Below are positions 44,993 to 53,874 of a DNA stretch of 64,000 nucleotides, piece by piece (within the stretch, counting starts at the first letter, position 1; every line of letters starts with the position of its first letter). This DNA comes from a virus. Position numbers and translations under genes: made by a program. The notes below the pieces were generated by a model that worked only from the letters and a program-made list of their open reading frames with translations, ran no database searches and was not told the origin of the DNA. The DNA is taken from IMG/VR virus record IMGVR_UViG_3300010392_005355, positions 9,611-73,610 of that record; one strand, 5' to 3'.

Positions 44993-47791
44993 CTAGTAGG
45001 TGTAGCGGACGCCGAAGACGTAGCGGGAACCGAACTCGTCATACTGGGACAGACGGTTCTTGGAGCCGTGATAGTAGTATTCCGGCTCGTCCGTCAGGTT
45101 CTTGCCTTCGACATAGACCTGCAGATGGTCGTTCACGTCATATTTGGCAGACGCTTCGACGCTCATATGGTCGTCTGTGTAACGGTCGATGCCTGCGCCG
45201 AACAACTCGTCCAGATAAGCAGAGCGGTAGTTGGCAGAGACGCGGATGTCCCACGGGCCCTTGTCGTAGCCGATGGCGACGTTCCAGACGCGGTCATTCT
45301 GCTTCAGCATCGGGACATCGCGGGTCTTGGCGGCGTCTTCCTCATCCTGGACGGAGGTTTCGGAGTCGGCCAGGGTGAGGTTGCCGGAGACCAGCAGGCC
45401 TTCCCAGGCCTCGCCGAGGAAATCGAGCTGCTGGACATAGTTGAACTCAATCCCCTTCACCGTGGCGCTGCCGCCATTGATATAGGTGGTGACTTCTTCC
45501 AGCGAACCCAGCGTTTCAGCATCCAGGAAGGACAGGTCAACCGAGCTTGGCAGCTGGTCGATATCATAGGTCGCCTCGAAGATCGGGTTGGAGATGTCCT
45601 TGTAGAACAGGCCGGCCGACAGCACGGACAATTTCGTCGGATAGTATTCGATGGAAAGATCGAAATTGTTGGCTTCGTACGGATCGAGTGCCGGGTTGCC
45701 GAGCTCTGCCTCGTCGCGGTCTTCATTCAGGGCGATGGTCGGGCGCATTTCGCCAAAGGCAGGGCGCACGATGGAGGCATAATACGCCGCGCGGCCGATG
45801 AGGTTGTCCGCAAAGGCATATTTCAGGTTCAGGCTGGGCAGGAAGTGGGCATATTCATCATCATACTGACGTGTGCCAACATTTGCCGGATCGTCTTCCT
45901 CAGCGAAGATGTTACCCTTGGCGGAGACATCGGTGGCCTCGATACGGGCACCTGCCACAACGGTCAGGTTCTGCATCTGGAACGTACCCATGCCGTAACC
46001 GGCGATGATCATCTCATCGATCGTGTAGTCTTCGGCCAGGCTGTCAAAGTTCGAACCATCCTCATCCAGCTCGTCTGCCGTAAAGGTGCCGCGCAGGGCA
46101 TTAGTCAGTCCTGCAGACGGCCACTGGAACATCGGATTGGCCATGCGCCAGCCGGAGATCTGGGAGTTTGCGGTGATGTAGTCTGTCAGCAGAACGTCGT
46201 CACGCTCATAGATTTTCAGGTTCACATCCCGCACCTTTTCGCGGTCACGCACCTTCACACCCATTTTCCAGGTGACCGGTGTGTTACCCAGGACGGTATC
46301 GTTGGTCAGGTCCAGCTTGTAGGCCCATTCGGTGTCTTCATTGGTGGTAAATTCCCGTTCGAAGGAATCCATCGTGTAGTTGGACGGGTCGAGCAGGAAG
46401 TCATAGCCGGTGCCGGAGAATTTCGGCTTTTGGGGGTCCGAATTATCCCAGACCAGGATGCCGTCACCTTCCAGATCATCAGAGCGGAAGGTCACATCGT
46501 GATTGTTGGAGTCGTCTTCTTCGGCATAGGCGTAGGAGACTTCGTAATCGAACGTCCAGTTGCCAGCATAGGTCTTGCCGCCGAGGGCGTAGGTCTGGAT
46601 GTTGCGAACTTCTTCGCGCTGGCGCACTTCGGCATCGGCCTCGGCATAGTCGAAGCTGAAGCCCGTATCGGTGACGGTCGGGTCTTCTTCGTCCAGGCTG
46701 CGGATTTCGAACTTGTTGCGAACTTCGTCATCCTTGTAGCGATTGTACAGGGTGCGGAGGTAAAGCTCTGTATTCTCTGTGGCCTTGTAGTCCACATTGA
46801 AGACAAGACCGACGCGCTCGCGGGTCAGATCGTACCAGCGCATTTCGTAGTCATCGTCCGGAATGATGGCGCCGACATCTTCGTTGAAGCCCCAGCCGCC
46901 GGTTTCGTTATTGTGGGCCTGGATCTGCAGATCCTGATAGTTGATGGAGGCGGCGACACCCAGTTTTTCGCCGAACACGTTGGAATAGGTCAGCGTGGCT
47001 TTCGGGGAAATCTCTTCGGTGATTTCGTTGTAGGAGCCCTCGACCTTGGCGCGGATGAACTGGCCATCGCGGTCAAAGGCGGAGATGGTTTTCAGATTGA
47101 TCACACCACCGATGGTGTCGGCGTCGACATTCGGGGTCAGGGATTTCTGAACCTCGATACCGTCGAGAAGGTCAGACGGCACACCATCCAGCAGAACGCC
47201 GCGGCGGTCTTCCGGGGAGGGGGTGCGCACGCCGTTGATGGTGGCGGAGATGAGGTCTGTGTTGATGCCGCGGATGGAGACGTAGCGGCCTTCGCCCTGG
47301 TCGTTCTCGATGGACAGGCCCGGCACGCGGGAAAGGCTGTCAGCAACGGTCGTGTCGGGGAAGTTGCCGAGGCCGTCGGAGTCGATCACGTTGATGATGG
47401 CATCGGAGGCGCGCTGCTGGTTGATGGCGCCGGCCTGGGCCGCAGCAGAGCCGACGACCAGAACGTTGTCGAGATAGCGCACATCGCCGCCGAGCACGAT
47501 GTCATAGGTGGAGTCGCCGGAGATGTTCACCGTGTCCGTGACCGTGTCTGCGCCGACATAGGAGATCGAAAGCGTGTAGTCGCCAGCCGGAATGCTGGTG
47601 AAGCGGTATGCGCCAAAACGGTCTGAGGAGGCGCTGCGGCCGAGTTCCTCAATCGTCACAATGGCGCCCTGCAGCGGCGCTTCGCCGGTCGCGTCGGTGA
47701 CAACACCTTTGAGGATGTCGGCGGAAGCAGCCTGGACCAGGGTGGCCGTGGCGGCACCCAGGAGCAATAGCTTGCGGGTGGTTGAAGTCAT
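44993..47791 (-). CDS. TonB-dependent receptor (phytase-associated)
   Basis: Signal peptide; plug region DSLSRVPGLSIENDQGEGRYVSIRG; C-terminal GVRYTY. Confidence 0.95.
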   Translation of the reverse strand: MTSTTRKLLLLGAATATLVQAASADILKGVVTDATGEAPLQGAIVTIEELGRSASSDRFGAYRFTSIPAGDYTLSISYVGADTVTDTVNISGDSTYDIVLGGDVRYLDNVLVVGSAAAQAGAINQQRASDAIINVIDSDGLGNFPDTTVADSLSRVPGLSIENDQGEGRYVSIRGINTDLISATINGVRTPSPEDRRGVLLDGVPSDLLDGIEVQKSLTPNVDADTIGGVINLKTISAFDRDGQFIRAKVEGSYNEITEEISPKATLTYSNVFGEKLGVAASINYQDLQIQAHNNETGGWGFNEDVGAIIPDDDYEMRWYDLTRERVGLVFNVDYKATENTELYLRTLYNRYKDDEVRNKFEIRSLDEEDPTVTDTGFSFDYAEADAEVRQREEVRNIQTYALGGKTYAGNWTFDYEVSYAYAEEDDSNNHDVTFRSDDLEGDGILVWDNSDPQKPKFSGTGYDFLLDPSNYTMDSFEREFTTNEDTEWAYKLDLTNDTVLGNTPVTWKMGVKVRDREKVRDVNLKIYERDDVLLTDYITANSQISGWRMANPMFQWPSAGLTNALRGTFTADELDEDGSNFDSLAEDYTIDEMIIAGYGMGTFQMQNLTVVAGARIEATDVSAKGNIFAEEDDPANVGTRQYDDEYAHFLPSLNLKYAFADNLIGRAAYYASIVRPAFGEMRPTIALNEDRDEAELGNPALDPYEANNFDLSIEYYPTKLSVLSAGLFYKDISNPIFEATYDIDQLPSSVDLSFLDAETLGSLEEVTTYINGGSATVKGIEFNYVQQLDFLGEAWEGLLVSGNLTLADSETSVQDEEDAAKTRDVPMLKQNDRVWNVAIGYDKGPWDIRVSANYRSAYLDELFGAGIDRYTDDHMSVEASAKYDVNDHLQVYVEGKNLTDEPEYYYHGSKNRLSQYDEFGSRYVFGVRYTY

Positions 47792-47837
47792 GGGAGGAAG
47801 TCCTTCTCTCTGGATGGCGGCCCGTTCCCACGGCTCC

Positions 47838-47877
47838 GTTACGCCTGAATGACAGATGCGTAATGTTTTTGTGACGC
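47838..47877 (-). promoter_or_regulatory. Pho box array (PhoB)
   Basis: Minus-strand GTCAC, ATTAC, (CT)GTCAT, GTAAC at exact 11-bp period upstream of the TBDR-phytase operon. Confidence 0.75.
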
Positions 47878-48069
47878 TCCCCGGTTTCATTAGGTTTTTG
47901 GGCCAAGCCCCGGTCATGCGGGGAGAAATTCGTGCTTTTCCTGCAACACATCTGTGTCCGGATGGGCGGCCGCGCGGGAGAATCATACGGGATTCATGAA
48001 GTCTACCCACGCGCGAATCCGATGGGGACGGGCATGGGGGAAACTGCCCTCATGAGACGGGAGGGACGC

Positions 48070-48888
48070 ATGTCACATCATCCGAAGAGGGAACGTTTGA
48101 AGCGCCAGATCCGGCTCTGCTGGCTGCTCGGCTGGAGCGTTACGCGCATTGCGGCGCAGGTGGGGCTGCACCGCACAAGCGTCTACCGCCTGATGCGCGA
48201 ACATGAGCTGAACGAGCCGGAAAAGCCGCTGGAGCGCCTGCAGCTGGCCATGGATGAAGCGCAGGACCAGGCGACGGAACAGATGCTGGCCGCCGCCGCG
48301 GCGGGCGAGGACATCGCGCCGAGAGTGACGCAGCTGGTGCGGGTCAGCACGGAAGTGCGCCAGCTGGAAATGGCAGGAATCAAGGTCGGGGGGATCGCCC
48401 ATGAACGGGAGGCCGCAAATCAAGCCGCAGACGAGGAAGAGGACATCTATGCCTTCCTCTCCGATGAAGGGGCCCAGACGGGCGGCCATGAGAGGAAAGG
48501 GCGACCAGCTGATGGATCCGGACTTCCGCCGAAAGGTGCGCCGGGCCTGCGAGACGGGGGACTGGAGCGACCTGCCGCCGAAGACGGGCGAACTGGTGGC
48601 GGAGAATCCGTGGTTGCGCCTGGCCCGCGATACACAGGTTCCACCGCGGGCGGGCTGGCGGACATGTCTGTTCATGGGCGGACGCGGCGCTGGCAAGACA
48701 CGGGCCGGGGCGGAATGGCTGCGCTGGAGCCTGCTGCACGGCGGGCGGAGGCGTGCGGCGCTGGTGGGCCCGGCCCTGCACGATGTGCGCGAAGTGATGA
48801 TCGACGGACCGAGCGGCCTGAAATGGATCGAGCCCAGGCAGGATCTTCGCCCGGTCTATCATGCGAGCCGGCGTATCCTGCGCTTTGA
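48070..48888 (+). CDS. GTA small terminase candidate (N-terminal HTH); 3' end overlaps terL
   Basis: GWSVTRIAAQVGLHRTSVYR HTH; first gene of cluster. Confidence 0.55.
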   Translation: MSHHPKRERLKRQIRLCWLLGWSVTRIAAQVGLHRTSVYRLMREHELNEPEKPLERLQLAMDEAQDQATEQMLAAAAAGEDIAPRVTQLVRVSTEVRQLEMAGIKVGGIAHEREAANQAADEEEDIYAFLSDEGAQTGGHERKGRPADGSGLPPKGAPGLRDGGLERPAAEDGRTGGGESVVAPGPRYTGSTAGGLADMSVHGRTRRWQDTGRGGMAALEPAARRAEACGAGGPGPARCARSDDRRTERPEMDRAQAGSSPGLSCEPAYPAL

Positions 48889-49810
48889 CAATGGCGCAGA
48901 GGCGCATGTCTTCTCCGCCGAAGACCCGGACAGTCTGCGCGGCCCGCAATTCGATGTCGCCTGGTGTGACGAGATTGCCGCCTGGGCGAAGGGAGAGGCA
49001 GTGTGGGACACGCTGCAGATGGGTCTGCGCCTGGGGGCGGCTCCGCGCTGCTTTGCGTCCACGACGCCGCGGGCGGTGGGCCTGATGCGCCGCCTGCTGT
49101 CTGCGGGAGAGGATGAGGCCGTGCATGTGCTGCGCGCCGGGACGCAGGAGAATGCCGGCAATCTGTCACCGGATTTCCTGCGCGCCATGAAGGCCGCCTA
49201 TGGCGATAGCCAGCTGGCTCGGCAGGAGCTGAACGGCGAATTCATGGAAGACCCCGAAGGCGCCTTGTTCCGTAGGGGGATGATTGACGGCGCCCGTGTC
49301 GATGCCCCGCCCATGATGGAGGATGTGATCGTCGCGGTCGACCCGCCGGCGACCAGCGGTCCGGCGGCGGATGCGTGCGGCATCATCGCGGCGGGCGTGC
49401 GCAGCGGCCATGCCTATGTGCTGGCGGATGCGTCTGCGCCGGGGCTGAAGCCGCTGGACTGGGCCCGGCGCGCGGTGGCGGTTTGCCGCGAGACCGGCGC
49501 GCGGGAGATTATCGCGGAGGCCAATCAGGGCGGCGAAATGGTGCGGCAGATTTTGGAGAGCGCCGGGGCGGGCGTGCCGGTGCGGCTGGTGCATGCGCGG
49601 CTGGGCAAGCGGGCGCGGGCGGCCCCGGTGGCAACATTGTACGCACAGGGACGGGTCAGCCATGTCGGCCTGCTGCCCACGCTGGAAGACCAGATGTGCC
49701 GGTTTGGCGCGGAAGGGTTCCGCGGCTCACCGGACCGCGTGGACGCGCTGGTCTGGGCGGTGTGGGCGTTGGTGCTGGAAGGTGCCGGGCCATGGGTGCG
49801 GGTGTTGTGA
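48512..49810 (+). CDS. terL: GTA large terminase (start uncertain)
   Basis: GGRGAGKTRAGAEW, LRGPQFD…WCDE, STTPR, VAVDPP, SPDRVDALVWA. Confidence 0.95.
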   Translation: MDPDFRRKVRRACETGDWSDLPPKTGELVAENPWLRLARDTQVPPRAGWRTCLFMGGRGAGKTRAGAEWLRWSLLHGGRRRAALVGPALHDVREVMIDGPSGLKWIEPRQDLRPVYHASRRILRFDNGAEAHVFSAEDPDSLRGPQFDVAWCDEIAAWAKGEAVWDTLQMGLRLGAAPRCFASTTPRAVGLMRRLLSAGEDEAVHVLRAGTQENAGNLSPDFLRAMKAAYGDSQLARQELNGEFMEDPEGALFRRGMIDGARVDAPPMMEDVIVAVDPPATSGPAADACGIIAAGVRSGHAYVLADASAPGLKPLDWARRAVAVCRETGAREIIAEANQGGEMVRQILESAGAGVPVRLVHARLGKRARAAPVATLYAQGRVSHVGLLPTLEDQMCRFGAEGFRGSPDRVDALVWAVWALVLEGAGPWVRVL

Positions 49811-49826
49811 GGGGGGAGTCCGCAGG

Positions 49827-49926
49827 AACCCCCTCTGTCTCCCCCTTTTCAAGGGGGAGGACGCAGATAGCAGGCGCCTTGCTTGGGGACACTCTCCCCC
49901 CTGCAAGGGGGGAGTTGGAGGGGGTT
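49827..49926. repeat. Double-hairpin palindromic (REP/CIR-like) element
   Basis: CTCCCCCTT…AAGGGGGAG and CTCCCCCCTGCAAGGGGGGAG inside AACCCCCTC/GAGGGGGTT; related copy at 53322-53422. Confidence 0.8.
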
Positions 49927-49945
49927 AAGCGGAGGTTCGGGAAGG

Positions 49946-50311
49946 TTAGTCTTGCTGGCGCAGGCGCGACTCCACCTCTCGCTTGATCGTGTCAGCCACG
50001 GCATCCAGAGAGTCGTCTATATAGGAGACAGGGATGCGCAGGACGGTGATGCCCTTGCTGGCGAGGAAGGCATCGCGGCGGGCGTCTGCGGCCTCATCAT
50101 GCCAGTCGCCATCGACCTCGACGGCGAGCTTCAGGGAGGGGCAGTAATAATCGAGGAAATAGGGGCCGACAGGATGTTGGCGGCGGAAGGAAGCGCCCAT
50201 TTGCCCGCGGCTGAGTACAGGCCAAAGACGGCGCTCTGTCTGAGTGGCGGATTGGCGAAGTGCACGGGCGCGGCGTGTCTGTTCAGGCTTGCGCGAGAAC
50301 GGCGCCGCCAT
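49946..50311 (-). CDS. DUF559 (Vsr-like) endonuclease
   Basis: ARALRQSAT…FRRQHPVGPYFLDYYC…LAVEVDG…RDAFL…GITVLR. Confidence 0.92.
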   Translation of the reverse strand: MAAPFSRKPEQTRRARALRQSATQTERRLWPVLSRGQMGASFRRQHPVGPYFLDYYCPSLKLAVEVDGDWHDEAADARRDAFLASKGITVLRIPVSYIDDSLDAVADTIKREVESRLRQQD

Positions 50312-50314
50312 GCA

Positions 50315-50800
50315 TCAGCCCCCCGTGCGGAAGGCTTTGCGGCCGAAATAGGCGTTTTTGGGGGGCGTGGGTTTGTCGTCGTCGGAGGCCGTTTCCTCCG
50401 TGGACGTTTCTTCTGCTGCGGTTTCCGCCTCTGCCGGTTTGGCTTCCGCTGCGGATTCTAGCGGGGCGGGCATGTTGCCGGTCATCAGGCCGCGAATCCA
50501 GGCGCAGGCGGCGCCGGCGGTGGAGACTTCGATGTCCGGGACGGTCTTGTCCATGCGGCGGGCGAGCTGGCGCGCCTGGTGGGCGGTCAGGGATTTCAGC
50601 ACCTTGTCGAAGATCTCCGGCCCGACTGTTTCGCGGAGGGCCTTCATGTCTTCCGTGGTCTGACCCGCGGAGACCATCAGTCTCTTGACGAGAATTTCTG
50701 TGGCGGCGGAGAAGTCTTTCTCCCCCAGCTTGCCGAAGCGGTCTTTCTGGCCGAGCAGGGCGCCGAGGGCGTTGGCGCTGTCCTTGGGGGCGTCGGTCAT
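50315..50800 (-). CDS. ParA-partner hypothetical protein (helical domain, acidic linker, basic C-terminal motif)
   Basis: ATGA-coupled to parA; ends YFGRKAFRTGG. Confidence 0.8.
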   Translation of the reverse strand: MTDAPKDSANALGALLGQKDRFGKLGEKDFSAATEILVKRLMVSAGQTTEDMKALRETVGPEIFDKVLKSLTAHQARQLARRMDKTVPDIEVSTAGAACAWIRGLMTGNMPAPLESAAEAKPAEAETAAEETSTEETASDDDKPTPPKNAYFGRKAFRTGG

Positions 50801-51681
50801 TGGATTTTCTCCCGCACTTCCTTGAGAAGGCTTTCCACAACGCCGAGCGCTTCGCCTGGCCATTTTGCCTTCAGGGTCGGTTCCGGGCCGAGCTCGATCG
50901 GGTTTGTGGCAAAGCCCTGTTTCATCGGCACAACGGTCTTGAACATGGTGAATTCGGTTTCCTTGGCGTTCGCCGCCTCGCGCATGGCATTGAGGACCAC
51001 TTGCTGGTGCGGTGTGCCATCATAGCGAGTCGCCAGAACGCAGGGGAGGCTGTCAATGTCCCGCCCGCGCAGATTGCGCATGATGTCGCCTGTGAAGAGG
51101 TCGAGGCCGAGTGTGGACATGAAGTCCGGAATGGTGGGCACGATGATCAGGTGGCTGGCGGCCAGGACGGTTTCGGTCATCACGGAAATGCCGGGCGGGC
51201 AGTCACAGATGATGACGTCATAATCGGCTTTCAGCTTTTCAAAGTCATCGCGCATGCGGCGGCCGACCTGGCCCTGCAGGGCCTCCATGGAATAGCCCTT
51301 GGCGGTCAGCTCATAGATCAGCTCGCGCTCTGTCTTGCGCAGGCGCGGTGAGGAGGGGATCAGGTCCAGCTCCAGCGGCTTGCCATTGTAGGAGACATCG
51401 GACGCGTCGGTGACGATGAAGTCTGAGAGGCGCTTGTGCTCACCGGCGAAGAAATTCTCCAGCAGCCAGTCAGAAATCGTGACGTATTCATTGATCGCGC
51501 GGAACAGATGTTCGTCGCCCTCATGGCCGAAAACGAGCAGCGAGGCGTTGGCCTGCGTATCCAGATCCACGACCAGCGTGCGGAAGCCATTGGCGGCAAA
51601 TGCCTCTGCAAGGCTGACACAAGTGGTGGTTTTGCCGACCCCGCCCTTGGAGTTGGCAATGGAAATGACACGTGCTGACAT
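50797..51681 (-). CDS. parA: ParA/Soj-family ATPase, no adjacent parB
   Basis: KGGVGKTT deviant Walker A, VDLDTQANAS, DCPPG. Confidence 0.92.
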   Translation of the reverse strand: MSARVISIANSKGGVGKTTTCVSLAEAFAANGFRTLVVDLDTQANASLLVFGHEGDEHLFRAINEYVTISDWLLENFFAGEHKRLSDFIVTDASDVSYNGKPLELDLIPSSPRLRKTERELIYELTAKGYSMEALQGQVGRRMRDDFEKLKADYDVIICDCPPGISVMTETVLAASHLIIVPTIPDFMSTLGLDLFTGDIMRNLRGRDIDSLPCVLATRYDGTPHQQVVLNAMREAANAKETEFTMFKTVVPMKQGFATNPIELGPEPTLKAKWPGEALGVVESLLKEVREKIQ

Positions 51682-51898
51682 TCTGTTAGCTCCCTGGCGC
51701 CTGATAGTTCGGCGAAAAAGCAGATTTGCGCCGGTCTGGCTATGCCTGCACGGGAATAAAATACAGGGAAAAATTCGGCGCTTTCCCTGATGTTTTAGCG
51801 GTAGGCCGCTGTTTTTGGAAGGGTTTTCCAAACTGAATCCGATGGGGATGTCAGGGATTTAATTTCTGCTCATCGAACGAAACAGAGCGGAGCCCTTC

Positions 51899-53065
51899 AT
51901 GAAACCCATCTGGCCTTTCCGATTGCCCCAGCGCGAGGCGAAAGCGGCGGTGCCTCTGGTCGCGCTATCAGAAATCGGGACGGCCAGATGGGGCGCCCGC
52001 GATGGCGCGGCGTTGACGCGGGACGGGTATCTGCAGAATGCCGTGGCCTATCGCGCGGTGCGCATGGTGGCCGAGGCGGCGGCGTCCGTTCCGCTGGTGA
52101 CGGCGCACGATGGCGCGGCGCGGCTGATCCGCAGGCCGCAGCCGGACGGCGTGGCGGCGGAACTGTTCGAGGCGGTCTATTCCCAGCTTCAGCTGACCGG
52201 CAATGCCTTTCTGGAAGGCGTCTGCCTGGAGGCTGTGGGGGCGGCGGCCAGTGGGGCGGCCAGTGGGGCGGATGGGGCGGGGGTGTCTGCGCTGTATGCG
52301 CTGGCCCCGTCCGCCATGCGGCCGCTGAAGGATGCGCGCGGCTGGGTGGAGGCCTGGGCCGTGAAGGAACGCCATGGCGAGCGGGTGATCCGCCGCGATG
52401 CAGAGACGGGCTGGAGCCCGGTGCTGCACCTGAAACTGTTCAACCCGGTGAATGACACGTTGGGCCTGGCCCCGCTGGGCGCGGCGCGGCGGGCGCTGGA
52501 CCTGCACAATGCGAGCGCGGACTGGGCGAAGGCGCTGATCGATAATTCGGCCAAGCCCTCCGGCGCGCTGGTCTATGGCGGGCATGGGCGGATGCCGCCG
52601 GACCAGTTCGAGGCGCTGAAGACGGAGCTGGAGAGCATGTATTCCGGCGCCAGCAATGCGGGGCGGCCCCTGCTGCTGGAGGGCGGGTTGGAGTGGCGGC
52701 CGATGTCTCTGTCGCCAGCGGAGATGGATTTTCTGGAGGCGCGGCATGGCGCGGCGCGGGAGATTGCGCTGGCGCTGGGCGTGCCGCCCATGCTGTTGGG
52801 GATTCCGGGGGATAATACGTATTCGAACTATAAGGAGGCGAACCTCGCCTTCTGGCGGATGACGATTTTGCCGCTGGTGCAGAAATTCGCGGGCGCGCTG
52901 TCGGCCTGGCTGGATGTGCCATTCGGGCAGGATGTGGAGATCCGCGCAGACATTGACCGCGTGCCGGCCCTGTCGGCCGAGAGGGATGCGCTGTGGGCGC
53001 GGCTGGAAGGCGCGAGCTTTGCGACCGCAGAGGAGAAGCGACGTCTGGCGGGGCTGCAATCATGA
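51899..53065 (+). CDS. GTA portal protein (HK97 family)
   Basis: GYLQNAVAYRAV…VLHLKLFNP…LGIPGDNTYSNYKEAN. Confidence 0.95.
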   Translation: MKPIWPFRLPQREAKAAVPLVALSEIGTARWGARDGAALTRDGYLQNAVAYRAVRMVAEAAASVPLVTAHDGAARLIRRPQPDGVAAELFEAVYSQLQLTGNAFLEGVCLEAVGAAASGAASGADGAGVSALYALAPSAMRPLKDARGWVEAWAVKERHGERVIRRDAETGWSPVLHLKLFNPVNDTLGLAPLGAARRALDLHNASADWAKALIDNSAKPSGALVYGGHGRMPPDQFEALKTELESMYSGASNAGRPLLLEGGLEWRPMSLSPAEMDFLEARHGAAREIALALGVPPMLLGIPGDNTYSNYKEANLAFWRMTILPLVQKFAGALSAWLDVPFGQDVEIRADIDRVPALSAERDALWARLEGASFATAEEKRRLAGLQS

Positions 53066-53292
53066 AGATGGAGCAGAAAGTGACGGCAGGCTTTGTGCTG
53101 GCCGTGATGGTGCAGACCGGCGGCGCGCTGGTCTGGGCCGGGGCAGCGGCGGAGCGGATTTCGCACCTGGAGCAAACCGTCCGGGAACGGCGCACAATGG
53201 TGGAACGGCTGGCGCGCCTGGAAGAGGGCGTCGACCGGATGGAAAGCCAGCTGGACCGGATAGAGCGGAAGATGGAGGCGGGGGATGAGTAG
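53062..53292 (+). CDS. Small GTA protein (TM + coiled coil)
   Basis: ATGA-coupled; QTGGALVWAG…ERLARLEE. Confidence 0.7.
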   Translation: MKMEQKVTAGFVLAVMVQTGGALVWAGAAAERISHLEQTVRERRTMVERLARLEEGVDRMESQLDRIERKMEAGDE

Positions 53293-53836
53293 GCGTTTTT
53301 GCGAAGATGCGCGTGCGCATTACCCCCCTCTACCTCCCCCCTTTCAGGGGGGAGAATGGCCCTCAAGCAAGGCGGCTGCTGTTCGGGTTCCTCCCCCTGC
53401 AAGGGAGAGGACAGGTGGGGGTCATGATACGAGACGCGACCTCCTCATCGAAGGCTATGCCTCTCTCTTCGGGGTACCGGATGCGAGCGGGGATGTGGTG
53501 CGGGCCGGAGCGTTTACGCGGAGCCTGCAGCGGGCGGCGCGTGTGCCGATGCTGTTGCAGCACAGGCCGGGCGCGATTGCCGGGCGCTGGGTGCGCATGG
53601 TGGAGGATGGACGCGGGCTGTACGTGCGTGGGCTGATCGAAAGCGAGGCGGCGCGCAGCATGGCGAAGAGCGGCCTGAGCGGCCTGTCCATCGGCTTTCG
53701 CCCGCGTATCTGGAACCGTTTGAGGGCGGACGGGCGGGAACTGATCGAGGTGGATCTGGTGGAAGTGTCCCTGGTGGGCAGCCCGATGCAGGCCCGTGCC
53801 CGGTTTGCCCTGATGGGCGCGGCGGTGGCGGCGTGA
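53285..53836 (+). CDS. GTA prohead protease with repeat-derived N-terminal insert
   Basis: IEGYASLFG…PMLLQH…GLSIGF…LVEVSLV. Confidence 0.9.
   Translation: MSRRFCEDARAHYPPLPPPFQGGEWPSSKAAAVRVPPPARERTGGGHDTRRDLLIEGYASLFGVPDASGDVVRAGAFTRSLQRAARVPMLLQHRPGAIAGRWVRMVEDGRGLYVRGLIESEAARSMAKSGLSGLSIGFRPRIWNRLRADGRELIEVDLVEVSLVGSPMQARARFALMGAAVAA
53322..53422. repeat. REP/CIR-like palindromic element inside protease ORF
   Basis: Same double hairpin as 49827-49926. Confidence 0.8.
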
Positions 53837-53874
53837 GGGATGACAAGCGGATGAGTAGTTTAACAGGAGAGAGC

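Noticed and set aside
44900-47626. 908-aa plus-strand ORF
   Set aside because: Antisense shadow of the TonB-dependent receptor; no motifs; typical of high-GC codon bias
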